A DNA stretch of 64,000 nucleotides, taken from contig JANJGN010000052.1 in assembly GCA_026770705.1 (NCBI GenBank), positions 372,001 through 436,000 on the forward strand, written 5' to 3'. Made by a program: the position numbers and the translations under genes. Under the pieces are notes generated by a model. It did not search any database and was not told the origin of the DNA. It was given only the letters and a program-made list of their open reading frames with translations. This DNA is from Isurus oxyrinchus. Taxonomy: Eukaryota. Shown one piece after another: positions 25,363 through 37,374 of this stretch. The first letter of the stretch is position 1. Every line of letters starts with the position of its first letter.

Positions 25363-26065
25363 CGGGGGAGAGAAATATCAATATTTGACTCTGGATGGTT
25401 TGTAGATCCACTAGACTCGATATCCACCCCCTCCATCACTGGGGCACAGTGGCTGCAGTGTGGACCATCTACAGGACACACAAGGAACTCCCCAAGGTTT
25501 CACAACAGATAGAAGAGAATCCTGGACACAGGAGTGGACAAGTTCATTCTACATTGGCTCATGGTCCTCAGGACCCTGTTTAGTGAAGCCAGTCTTCCAT
25601 CCAACACAGTGTCTACAAGATACACAGGGAAACTGTGTAAATATCTCATCTCTCAACACTGAATGGGCTGAGCTTCAGTTTAACTTTCAGTATTTTTAAA
25701 TTTCCATATTGTGGTTGCTATGGTGAAACTGTGCAGGAAGTGTGAGGGCTGGACTCTCTGTCTATTCTCACTGCAGCTGTGATGTGGTCGTGGTGATTCT
25801 CAGTAAAATGAAACCCTCTGATCTCCTCCATCGCCGAGGTTTAGGGAGTGAATTCCAGAGCTCAGGTCCCAGGCAGCTGTAGGCACGGCCGCCAGTATTG
25901 GAGTGATGGGAATTGGGGGATGGTCAAGAGGCCAGATTTGGAGTAACACAGAGATCTGGGAAGTTGATTGGTTGCATTGCAGGAGGTTACAGAGATAAAG
26001 AGATAAGAATGATCTTTTACAAAGACTGTTAAATATAAATCTGTCGAAGCTGACGATGATATTAC

Positions 26066-26126
26066 CTTGGAGAAGTGACAAGAGGAAGTAGATTTCCCGA
26101 TCATTGTCCACTCCCAGATATTCCAT
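26066..26126 (-). pseudogene. Gene B: leader exon with 1-bp deletion; upstream ATG at 26126 gives MEYLGVDNDREIYFLLSLLQ
   Basis: Paralog of 19324-19405; gtagatttcc versus gtaggatttcc. Confidence 0.8.
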
Positions 26127-26675
26127 CCACTTCTCACTCTCAAGCTGTGAAAGAGAAAGGAGTTAATGAGACCTCACCTCTTGTCCGACAGCTCTCGAGA
26201 GATCAGAACTGCTTTTAGACAATGTCTTCACAGACTAATTTGATTCTCTGTGGGATGATAGGTGCTCAGCAGAGAGTTACAAGGCTTTAAGAAAAACAAA
26301 CAATGAAGGATTTGCATTTCTATAGCACCTTTCACCACCTCAGGGCATCCCAAAGCTCATGTCTCTGCACTTCCCTCATCCCTTGAACTAGAAAGATGTT
26401 CGGTACAACAGACTTGAGCCTCACACCCAGATCTCAATAATCAGTAGAAATCTTTCAAAGGCATCAGTCATTGGAATCTGTCTTTATAAAGTCACAACAT
26501 CAACAAAGGACGGTGTTGGTGGTGGAAGTGAATTCCAATCGTTCCGTTACTTACCCAGGACCTGTCCGACTGCTCGCCTGGGGAGGAACTGCCCACACGC
26601 TCTGCTTGGGCTGAATGACCTCTTCCTGTGCTGCTCCCTCTGTGTATTTAATGAGAAAGGGTTGATGTGTGTCTG

Positions 26676-26695
26676 TGAGTCAAAATGAGGAAGTT
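26676..26695 (+). promoter_or_regulatory. Adjacent AP-1 (TGAGTCA) and PU.1-type (aaaatgaggaagt) sites upstream of gene B
   Basis: tgagtcaaaatgaggaagtt seen directly. Confidence 0.45.
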
Positions 26696-27439
26696 GGATC
26701 AAAGTGACAGACCAGCTCATGTTTTGAGATGTTGGTGAACTGTTAACCCTTTGTGTCCTGACCCTGTGTTGATATTTCTGCTCACAGGTGGACAGTCATT
26801 GACCAGGAGTTTCTCCTGTGGGTCAGTGGGTTTCACAGCCAAATTCAGGGGGTCAGAATGTTGTGGGATTCAAGACCCCATTCAGGGGACGTCTGCCCCA
26901 CAGAGTAGACTGAAACTGCCCAGCGTCAGTCCTGAGGGAGTGCTGCACTGTCGGATGGTCATTACTGCACTATTGTAAGGTCAGTACTGAGGGAGATCTC
27001 CACTGTTTGAGGGTGAGTACTGAGGGAGTGCTGCACTGTCAGAGGGACATTAATCAGGGAGTGCTGCAATGTTGGAGGATCAGTACTGAGGGAGTGCTGC
27101 ACTGTTGAAGGGTCAGTATTAAGGTGCTGATTTACAAGACAGGACAATGGATTAGGAGCCCTCAGAACTCCCCCCGTGATTTCCAATCATTCCGTTACTT
27201 ACCCCGGACCTGTCCGACTGCTCGCCTGGGGAGGAACTGCCCACACGCTCTGCTTGGGCTGAATGACCTCTTCCTGTGCTGCTCCCTATTTGTGTTTAAT
27301 TAAAAAGGGTGGATGTGTCACTGTGAGACAAAATGAGGAAGTGCTTGGTACCAAGTGAGAAAGATGCTCTTTGCCTCGCACTGTTAGAAAACTGTTAACC
27401 CTTTGCGTGCCAAGAATGTTTTTGAAGGGCCATTGACTG

Positions 27440-29310
27440 TTCACATGCAACAAGCTCGAGGGGTTGACTGGGCCTCCTCCTGTTCCTGTGTAACAGGCTC
27501 GAGGAGGGTGAATGGGCCTACTCCTGTTCCTGTGTAACAGGTTCAAGGGGACAGAATGGGCCTCCTCCTGTTCCTGTGTAACAGGCTCGAGGGGCTGAAT
27601 GGGCCTCCTCCTGTTTCTGTGTAACAGGCTCATGGGGCACAATGGGTCTCCTCCTGGTTCTGTGTAACAGGCTCGAGGGGCTGAATGGGCCTCCTCCTGT
27701 TCCTGTGTAAAAGGCTCGAGGGGCTGAATGGGCCTCCTCCTGTTCCTGTGTAAAAGGCTCGAGGGGCTGAATGGGCCTCCTCCTGTTCCTGTGTAACAGG
27801 CTCATGGGGGCTGAATGGCCTCCTTCTCTCACTGTGTACCAGGCTCATGGGGCTGAGTGGGCCTCCTCCTGTTCCTGTGTAAAAGGCTAAAGGGGCTGAA
27901 TTGGCCTTCCCCAGTTCCTGTGTACCAGGCTCGAGTACATTAGGAGCATCATTGGAAGCAGCGTTTCACTTGCACTTCCCTCAATTTAATCTACTGCCTT
28001 CACTGCTCCCAATGTGGTCTCCTCTACATGGGACAGACCAAACACAGACTGGGTGATCGCTCTGATGAACACCTTCGGTCTGTCCACAAGCATGACCCAG
28101 ACCTCCCTGTCGCTTGCCATTTTAACACCCCACCCTGCTCTCATGCCCACATGTCCGTCCTTGGCCTGCTGCATTGTTCCAGTGAAGCCCAACACAAATA
28201 GGAGGAACAACACCTCATCTTCCGACCAGGCACTTTACAGCCTTCCGGTCTGAATATTGAGTTCAACACTTTCAGATCATGAACTCTCTCCTCCATCCCC
28301 ACTCCCTTTCCAATCTCCCTTTTCCATTAATTTATCAGTTTTAATATTTTTTTTATTTATATATTTTTCTTTTCCCACATTTTTCCATTATTTTTAAATG
28401 TTTTACATCTGTTGTTGTATCTCTACCTTTTAGCCTATTTCAATCCTTTCCCCCCACCCCACCCCCACTAGGACTATCTGTCTCTTGCTCGTCCTGCTTT
28501 CTACCCTTAATGTCCCCATTAGCACCTTCCTCAGATAATATCACCACCGTCAACACCCCTTTGTCCTTTTGTCTATCACATCTTTGGCAACCTCTTCTTT
28601 ACCTCCACCTATCACTGGCCCACAATCCAGCTCTACCTGCCCCACCCCCTCTACCAGCTAAAACATCACCTCATTTCTCGATTCCCTTAGTTCTGATGAA
28701 GAGTCATACAGACCCAAAACGTCAAGTGTGTTCCTCTCCACAGATCCTGTCAGACCTGCTGAGTTTTTCCAGCTATTTTTGTTTTTGTTCCCGTTCATGT
28801 GGAACAGGCTTGAGTGGCTGAATGGAGCCCCTAATGTTCCTGTGTAACAAGCTTGTGGAGGCTGAATGGGTCTCCTGTTCCTGTGTAACAGGCTCAAGGG
28901 GACAGAATGGGCCTCCTCCTGTTCCTGTGTAACAGGCTCGAGGAGGGTGAATGGGCCTCCTCCTGTTCCTGTGTAACAGGCTCAAGGGGACAGAATGGGC
29001 CTCCTCCTGTTCCTGTGTAACAGGCTCGAGGAGGGTGAATGGGCCTCCTCCTGTTCCTGTGTAACACGTTCAAGGGGACAGAATGGGCCTCCTCCTGTTC
29101 CTCTGTAAAAGACTCGAGGAGGGTGAATGGGCCTCCTCCTGTTCCTGTGTAACAGGCTCGAGGAGGGTGAATAGGCCTCCTCCTGTTCCTGTGTAACAGG
29201 TTCAAGGGGACAGAATGGGCCTCCTCCTGTTCCTGTGTAACAGGCTTAAGGGAACAGACTGGGCCTCCTCCTGTTCCTGTGTAACAGGCTCGAGGAGCTG
29301 AATGTCCTCC
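27440..29310. repeat. 43-44-bp minisatellite (gggcctcctcctgttcctgtgtaacaggctcgaggggctgaat), split by a Penelope insertion
   Basis: Arrays at 27440-27935 and 28790-29310; unit resembles the CR1 3' tail. Confidence 0.9.
27950..28790 (+). mobile_element. Penelope-like element fragment (GIY-YIG region plus terminal repeat)
   Basis: Highly similar to 1580-2420. Confidence 0.85.
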
Positions 29311-29319
29311 TCTCATTAA

Positions 29320-29535
29320 AAATAAATACTGCAGATGCTGTAAATCTGAAATAAACACAGAAAATGCTGCATTAACTCAGCAGGTCTGGCAGCAGCTGTG
29401 GAGAGAGAAACAGAGTTTTTGCTTTGAGACTCTGAAGAAGGGTCATACGGACTCGAAATGTTTATTCTGTTTATCTCTGCACAGATGCTGCCAGACCTAC
29501 TCAGTTTCTCCAGGATTTTCTGTTTTTATTTCAGG
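29320..29535. mobile_element. Penelope terminal-repeat-derived imperfect palindrome with hammerhead-like core
   Basis: ctgaagaagggtcatacggactcgaaatgtt at 29432-29462, flanked by inverted cagcaggtctggcagca / tgctgccagacct. Confidence 0.65.
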
Positions 29536-30642
29536 TGCTCTCTTGTTCCTGTGTAGCACGCTCAAGGGGGCCTCCTCCTGTTCCGATTCAATGGGCAGTC
29601 AAAGCATGTGCCTGATTTTGGACCGCGAACCCAAATCTGTCCTCAGGGCATTGATAGAGGAAATGACCAGTTACAGATCAATGCAGGAGGATTATTTATT
29701 TTCCCAATCTTTGAATCAAGTATCTCATCAAACACAGAGCGGAAACAGGATCGAGGATGTTGGTCTCTGTAATCTGTAACACATCGCAAAGTCCACCCAT
29801 CCACTCAGCCTTCAGGATGGATGCTAATTGTACTCTCCAAGTGTGAAGGACTAAAATGGTGGTTTATTGCAGCTCTATCTCATTCTGTTATCAAAGCTGT
29901 CTCATCCATCCAATGACATATTGAAGAAGATAAACCTGCAACCAATTTTTCACATCATAGTTTCCAATGTTCATTGGCAACATCAATGTAAACATGTCAT
30001 GCTGAAATGATGTCCTCCCACCAGTGGTGGCACTGTAGCACATCTGTTATCCTCTAAGCTGCAGAGAATTTCTCAACTCTCCAATCAAATTGTTTCCCTG
30101 TTTCCCAGATTCTTGTTTGTTTCGCTGTTTAACGATGAAGTGTAAAATCCAAATATATATCTGAAAATACATTTGACTACAAAATGCTGAGTAAATTTTG
30201 CCAATCTCCTCTGCTCCAATTATCCACCGATCCTGCATTTCCTGAAGTCTACACTGGCTGATGAATATTCTGTAAACACTGACAGACAGAAAGGTGAATA
30301 ACAGAATGAAAATTAACTCATAATCACGGACACGGGATTGAATTTGTCCGTTCTGTCCTGGTACATCATCGAACGATATCTAAAGATATTTACAATCAGA
30401 ATGGAGAGAAGGATGTTTCCAACAGTGAGGGACAATTCTGAAGGAGGATGTTCGAATTGAAACCCACAGACAATCATCCTGGATAGATCATTCCGAAGAA
30501 ATTCCATCAGATTGTAACAAGAGGTTTAAATCTATTTCCTGGGAGTGAGTTCCTGTGGATATTAGGAAGGTAAATTGGAGTTTTGAATGATTCTCCCGTT
30601 CTGTATTCTCCCCACACTGTGTGTGTCTCATTCTTGCTCAGT

Positions 30643-30759
30643 TTATAAATTCCCATAAACAGAATCCTTGGCAAATTCACAGTTTGCGTAAAGATCATCA
30701 TCTGTATCAGGATTGACTCCGCGGTTAGATTTCATTTCCAGATCCTTCTCATCTTTCTT
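30643..30759 (-). CDS. Gene C: terminal cytoplasmic exon (KKDEKDLEMKSNRGVNPDTDDDLYANCEFAKDSVYGNL*)
   Basis: tttctattacag acceptor, phase 0, 117 bp to TAA; acidic-Y-x-N motif and terminal SxYxxL; absent from ORF track. Confidence 0.85.
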   Translation of the reverse strand, partial: KKDEKDLEMKSNRGVNPDTDDDLYANCEFAKDSVYGNL

Positions 30760-30857
30760 CTGTAATAGAAACAGAAATGATCAGAGTGACAATCAGAGTG
30801 ATCAGTGTTTAGTATTATTGATCCAAATCAAAAAATTCCATCCACAGTAGAGACATT

Positions 30858-32387
30858 AATTATTGATACTGAACGGGGTTTGATTATTGATCCTGAACGA
30901 TGTTTGATTATTGATTCTGAACGGGGTTTGATTTTTAATTCTGAACGGGGTTTGATTATTGATTCTGAAAAGGGTTTGATTATTTATTCTGAATGGGTTT
31001 TGATTATTGAATCTGAACGGAGTTTGATTATTGATCCTGAACGTAGTTTGATTATTGATACTGAACAGGGTTTGATTATTGATTCTGAACGGGGTTTGAT
31101 TATTGATACTGAATGGGGTTTGATTATTGATACTGAACGGGGTTAGATTATTGATACTGAACGGGGTTTGATTTTTAATACTGAACGGGGTTAGATTATT
31201 GATACTGAACGGGGTTTGATTTTTAATTCTGAACGGGGTTTGATTATTGATTCTGAACGGGATTAGATTATTGATACTGAACAGGTTTGATTTTTAATTC
31301 TGAACAGGGTTTGATTATTGATACTGAATGGGGTTTGATTATTGATACTGAATGGGGTTTGATTATTGATTCTGAAAGGGTTTTGATTATTGAATCTGAA
31401 CGGGGTTTGATTATTGATCCTGAACGAAGTTAGATTATTGATATTGAACGGGGTTTGATTATTGATATTGAACGGGGTTTGATTATTGATTCTGAACGGT
31501 GTTTGATTATTGATCCTGAACGGAGTTTGATTATTGATACTGAATGGGGTTTGATTATTGATTCTGAACAGTGTTTGATTATTGATTCTGAACGGGGTTT
31601 GATTATTGATACTGAACGGTGTTTGATTCTTGATTCTGAACTGGGTTTTGATTATTGATTCTGAAAGGGGTTTGATTATTGATTCTGAATGGGGTTTGAT
31701 TATTGATACTAAACGGGGTTGGATTATTGATACTGAACGGGGTTTGATTATGTATACTGAACGGGGTTTGATTATTGATTCTGAACGCGGTTTGATTATT
31801 GATACTGAGCGGGGTTTGATTATTAATTCTGAACGGGGTTTGTTTATTGATACTGAACGGGGATTGATTATTGATTCTGAAAGGGGTTTGATTATTGATA
31901 CTAAACGGGGTTGGTTTATTGATACTGAACGGGGTTTGATTATGTATACTGAACGGGGATTGATTATTGATTCTGTACGCGGTTTGATTATTGATTCTGA
32001 ACGGGGTTTGATTATTAATTCTGAACTGGGTTTGTTTATTGATACTGAACGGGGATTGATTATTGATTCTGAATGGGGTTTGATTATTAATTCTGAACAG
32101 GGTTTGATTATTGATACTGAACGTGGTTTGTTTATTGATACTGAACGGGGATTGATTATTTATTCTGAAAGGGGTTTGATTATTAATTCTGAACGGGGTT
32201 TGATTATTGATACTGATCGGGGTTTGATTATTGATTCTGAACGGGTTTTATTATTGTTACTGAACGGAGTTTGGTTATTGATACTGAACGGGGTTTGATT
32301 ATTGATTCTGAACGGGGTGTGTTATTGATTCTGAACGGGGTTTGATTATTGATTCTGAACGGGGTTTGATTATTGATTCTGAACGGT
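30858..32387. repeat. 24-bp minisatellite (ttgattattgattctgaacggggt), about 60 copies
   Basis: 8-aa periodic spurious ORF IIDSERGL. Confidence 0.95.
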
Positions 32388-32519
32388 GTTGGGTGTGAGT
32401 TTGGTTGGGTTTGGGAGTGACTGTATAAAACATTGCAGATACAGGAGTGGAGCAGCCATATCAATAACCAGGCTACTGGAGCAGCTGAGAGGCTGGGGAT
32501 CCTGTGGTGTGTGACTCAC

Positions 32520-32624
32520 CTGATTCCTCAAAGCCCAACCACGCTCACAGTTTTCATAAACAGGACCTCGATATTCATCAACACGGTGGTTCGATTTGAT
32601 TCCTGCTTTCCCCTCACCTCTCTT
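32520..32624 (-). CDS. Gene C: candidate cytoplasmic exon ((K)RGEGKAGIKSNHRVDEYRGPVYENCERGWALRNQ)
   Basis: Pyrimidine tract ends tttcGG with in-frame AAG 3 nt downstream; cag|gtgagt phase-0 donor fits the terminal exon. Confidence 0.6.
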
Positions 32625-33135
32625 CCGAAATAGAGATGGAAATGGACAGAATGACAATCAACATGATGTGTATTCGGTGTTGGGTTTGATTATTGGGGAG
32701 AGAGTTCCAGATTTCCACTCCCCTTTGTGTGAAGAAGTGCTTCCTGACATCACCCCTGAACGGCCTGGCTCCAATCTAAAGTTCCAGCCCCCTTGTTCTG
32801 GACTCCACCCGACCCCCACCACCCACCCCCACCCGAGGGAATAGCTTCTCTCTATCGACCCTATCGAGTGTTTAATCAGTTTGAACCCCTCAATTAGATC
32901 CCTCCTAAATCTTCTAGACCCGAGTGAATATAATCGTAGACTGTGTGTAACCTGTCTGCATAATTTAACCAGAAAGATGTTCTGTACAACAGACTTGAGC
33001 CTCACACCCAGATCTCAATAATCAGTAGAAATCTTTCAAAGGCATCAATCATTGGAATCTGTCTTTATAAAGTCACAACATCAACAAAGGACGGTGTTGG
33101 TGGTGGAAGTGAATTCCAATCGTTCCGTTACTTAC

Positions 33136-33220
33136 CCAGTACCTGTCCGACTGCTCGCCTGGGGAGGAACTGCCCACACGCTCTGCTTGGGCTGAATGAC
33201 CTCTACTTGTGCTGCTCCCT
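33136..33220 (-). CDS. Gene C: candidate 85-bp cytoplasmic exon (phase 2-to-0 reading GSSTSRGHSAQAERVGSSSPGEQSDRYW)
   Basis: acacag acceptor, gtaagt donor; links the TM exon (phase 2) to phase-0 exons; reading frame ambiguous. Confidence 0.5.
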
Positions 33221-33940
33221 CTGTGTATTTAATGAGAAAGGGTTGATGTCTCTCTGTGAGTCAAATCAGGAATTGGGGAACAATTGTGAAAACCCTTTCA
33301 TTGAAACGTAGGGCCTTAGTGTTGTGTTGTTAACAAACTGTTAACCCTTTGTGTCCTGACTCTGTGACGTGATTCCTGTGTAAAGCTGAGCAGTCGGTGA
33401 GCGAGTTTCAATTCACTGCTCACTCCAGGTGTTGAGGTGGATCTTCTGAAGGAGTAGATGTTGCTCAGCGCTCCTTAAAAATGTGAGAGACTGAACAACG
33501 TGTAAGAGGACGAGAGAAAGAATGAGAAGGAGAGCATTAGTGGAGATAAGAGAGAGTGAATGAGAGAGAGAGAGAATGAGAGAGAAAATGAGAAGGCGTG
33601 CATTAGTGGAGGTAAGAGAGAGAGTGAATGAAACATGGAAAAAGGAAAGAGATTGCATTCACTAACAAAAGAAAGGTTTTCATTTATATCGCACCTTTCA
33701 CAAACTCAGGAGGTCACAAGGTATCTTATGGTCCGGGTCAACCCTGCCAGTTACAGGACTGAGTTGTGAAACAGTGAGTGTTGGATGAGATGTTAAACGG
33801 TAGGTGAACATCAAAACTCTTCAGGGGCTGTGAAGGGTTTTGGATTGTAAAAGTTGCTATAGAAATGCAAGTTCTTTCTATAAGGAGAGAAGGTTGAAGA
33901 AAACATGTTCAAAAACAACCAATTAAACCTTCACACTTAC

Positions 33941-34037
33941 TTTCTCACACACTTGAAGATGAAGAATCCACTCAGTCCAACACTCAAACAGATTCCAGCT
34001 CCAAGCAATCCTGCTTTCCATTCATTGGAATCTCGCC
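33941..34037 (-). CDS. Gene C: TM exon (RRDSNEWKAGLLGAGICLSVGLSGFFIFKCVRK), no charged residue in the hydrophobic span
   Basis: ttttacag acceptor, gtaagt donor, 97 bp, phase 1 to 2; hand-translated. Confidence 0.88.
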
Positions 34038-34209
34038 CTGTAAAATCAGCCAATGAATGACTCCGGTACAGTTTGAGAATGGTTCCCTATGTACATGTAG
34101 TAATTCTGAACTTGTGAAGTGATATTGTCTATGCATGAAAGGTCTATACAAATAACATTTATCTATGTAATATTTATTGATAATATCCATGTACATGCAG
34201 GTTTCTATA

Positions 34210-35265
34210 AGGAGGATTCACATATAACAGGGGTGCCAAGCTGCTGAGGTGACACACAGGACTACATACACACCAAACAGCGGAAACAACATGCTACAGA
34301 CAGAGCAAAGCGATCCCACAACCAACGGGTCAGATCTAAGCTCTGCAGTGCTGCCACATCCAGTCATGAATGGTGATGGACAATTAAAGATCTAACAGGA
34401 GGAGGATGTTCCACAAATATCCCCATCCTTAATGATGGGGGAGCTCAGCACATCAGTGCAAACGACAAGGCTGAAGCATTGGCAACCATGTTCAGCCAGA
34501 AGTGCTGAGTGGATGATCCATCTCGGCCTCCTCCAGAGGGTCCCAGCATCACAGATGTCAGCTTTCAGACAATTCGATTGACTCCACGTGACATCAGGAA
34601 TCAGCTGATGATACTGGATACAGCAAAGGCTTTTGGCCCTGGCAACAACCCGGCAACAGGAAATAATGTGGTTACAAGAACGGGTAAGAGGCTGGGAACT
34701 CTGCGGTGAGTAACTCACCTCCTGACTCTCCAAAGCCTGTCCACCATCGACAAGGCACAAGTCAGGATTGTGATGGAATAATCTCCACTTGGCTGGATGA
34801 GTGCAGCTCCAACAACACTCAAGAAGCTCGACACCATCCAGGAGCAGCTTGTTTGATCGACAGCCCATCCACCAGCATAAACATTCATACCCTCCACCAC
34901 TGGCACACAATGGCAGCAGTGTATGCACCATCTACAAGATGCACTGCAGCAACTCACCAAAGCTTCTTCGACTGCACCTTCCAAACCCTTAACCTCTTCC
35001 ACCAAGACAGTTCCAAGTCAGTGAGGTGTGTGACTTGGAAATCAACATGAGGTGGTGGTCTGCCCTGGGACTTGGAACTATATCGGCCGTTCCTTCACCG
35101 TCGTTGGGTCAAAATCCTGGAACTCCCTCCCTAACAGCACTGTTGGTGTGCCTACACCACATGGACTGCAGTGGTTAAAGAAGGCAGCTCACCACCACCT
35201 TCTCAAGGGGCAGTTACAGATGGGCAATAATTTCTGGCCTTGTCAACAATGCCCACATCCCATGA
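34210..35265 (+). mobile_element. Deleted/degenerate CR1-L2-clade LINE fragments
   Basis: Shares segments with 56.4-57.5 kb (inverse) and 60.8-61.2 kb; KSWNSLPNS motif. Confidence 0.75.
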
Positions 35266-35303
35266 GCTAATAACAAGAGAATGTAGAATTCTGTGTAACT
35301 CAC

Positions 35304-35585
35304 GTTCCACAGTGATGGTTATGAATCCCTCCACTGCTCCATGTTCATTCTCTGCCACACACTGATAGTCTCCAGTGTCCCTGGATGTAACGTGAGGAAT
35401 CACCAACCACAGCTCATTGTTGGAACTTGTTCTGTTCATTGGGACATTAAGATGTCGCCACGTCAGGTTAGAAGCTGGGAAGCTCTCGACAGAGCAGATT
35501 ATCACTGTAGAATTCCCCTCAATTATATTGATCGATGAAGCGTTAATCATATCAAGAGAAGTAATTGAGAGGTTCTGTGGAGCAT
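35304..35585 (-). CDS. Gene C: C2-set exon (domain 5)
   Basis: tttag acceptor, gtgagt donor, 282 bp, open. Confidence 0.9.
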
Positions 35586-36064
35586 CTAAAAACATATAAA
35601 GATTTTAGAGTGAGCAAGCACAATGCACATCAAGACTCCATGTATCATCTCTCCGTATCTGATGTCTGAATACAATTCCAGGCACCTTCCTCAGCATAAG
35701 TTCCTCTGTCACATTTATAATGGACACTGCCTATGTAAACTGTCACACTGCAGTTGCATTCCCCCACCAGTTGAGGTGCTATCAATCTAGAATGAAAGAA
35801 ACTTTCATTCACATCCTCAGGATTTCGCCAAGCCTTTACAGGCAATGAATTGTATTTGATTGATGGAGCACTGAGGGGTAAATCTACAATTCACTGTTCA
35901 GGAGTTTGGTCATCCAATTCAGGGTCTTGTTGATCTGGAGTTTACCTTCGTTCCATCCAGAATTGGAGCTGACACCAAGACTCCAGTGCAGTGAGTGCGT
36001 GTGGGAGTGCATTTATGTATATGTGTTCAAATCTGAGAGAGTTGTTGAAGTCTGTGTAACTCAC

Positions 36065-36346
36065 GTTCCACAGTGATGGTTATGAACCCCTCCACTGCTC
36101 CATGTTCATTCTCTGCCACACACTGATAGTCTCCAGTGTCCCTGGATGTAACGTGAGGAATCACCAACCACAGCTCATTGTTGGAACTTGTTCTGTTCAT
36201 TGGGACATTAAGATGTCGCCACGTCAGGTTAGAAGTTGGGAAGCTCTCGACTGAGCAGATTATCACTGCAGAATACCCCTCAATTATATTGATCGATGAA
36301 ACGTTAATCATATCAAGAGAATTAATTGAGAGATTCTGTGGTGTGT
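36065..36346 (-). CDS. Gene C: C2-set exon (domain 4)
   Basis: ttcag acceptor, gtgagt donor, 282 bp, open. Confidence 0.9.
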
Positions 36347-36477
36347 CTGAAAACAAATAAAGATCAGTTACTTACATTGTCTGTGAAGCACTTTGAGAGG
36401 CCCTGAGAATGTGAAAGGTCTGATATCAATGTAGGTTCCTTCACCACAAAGCACTTAATTCAGGCAGTCACTACAGC

Positions 36478-37370
36478 TCAGTACTGAGGGAGTGCTGTAC
36501 TGTCGGAGGGTCAGTACTGAGGGAGTGCTGCACTGTTGGAGGGTGGGTACTGTGAAAGCTGCACTGCCGCATAGTCAGTATTGAGCGAGTACTTCACTGT
36601 CGGAGAATGAGTACTGAGGGAGTGCTGCACAGTTGGATGGTCAGTACTGAGGGAGTGCGGCACTGTCGGAGGGTCAGTACTGAGGGAGTGCTGCACTGTT
36701 GGATGGTCAGTACTGAGGGAGTGCTGCACTGTTGGATGGTCAGTACTGAGGGAGTGCTGCACTGTTGGAGGTTCAGTACTGATGGAGTGCTGCACTGTTG
36801 GATGGTCAGTACTGAGGGAGTGCTGCAATGTCGGAGGATCAGTACTGAGAGAGTGCTGCATTGTCAGAGGGTCAGTACTGAGGGAGTGCTGCACTGTCAG
36901 AGGGTCAGTACTGAGAGAGTACTGCACTGTCAGAGGGTCAGTACTGAGGGAGTGCAGCACTGTTGGATGGTCAGTACTGAGGGAGTGCTGCACTGTCAGA
37001 TGGTCAGTACTGAAGGAGTGCTGCACTGTTGGATGGTCAGTACTGAGGGAGTGATGCACTGTCGGAGGGTCAGTACTGAGGGAATGCTGCACTGTCGGAG
37101 GGTCAGTACTGGAAGAATGCTGCACTGTCGGATGGTCAGGACTGGAAGATTGCTGCACTGTCAGATGTTCAGTACTGAGGGAGTGCTGCTCTGTCGGAGG
37201 GTCATTACTGAGGAAGTGCTGCATTGTCGGAGGGTCAGTACTGGAAGAGTGCTGCACTGTTGCAGGGTCAGTACTGAGGGAGTGCTGCACTGTCGGAGGG
37301 TCAGTACTGAGGGAGTGCTGCACTGTCGGAGGATCAGTAATTAGGGAGATCTGCACTGTTGGAGGGTGAT
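36478..37370. repeat. 33-bp SINE-like minisatellite array
   Basis: About 27 units. Confidence 0.92.
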
Positions 37371-37374
37371 AAGA

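Noticed and set aside
30805-32298. IIDSERGL repeat protein
   Set aside because: Translation of a 24-bp minisatellite with stops and frameshifts and no exon structure
33424-33473. Possible 50-bp cytoplasmic exon of gene C (SAEQHLLLQKIHLNTW)
   Set aside because: Has AG/GT and allows an alternative phase chain, but is not needed and forces a weaker acceptor downstream; unresolved without RNA data
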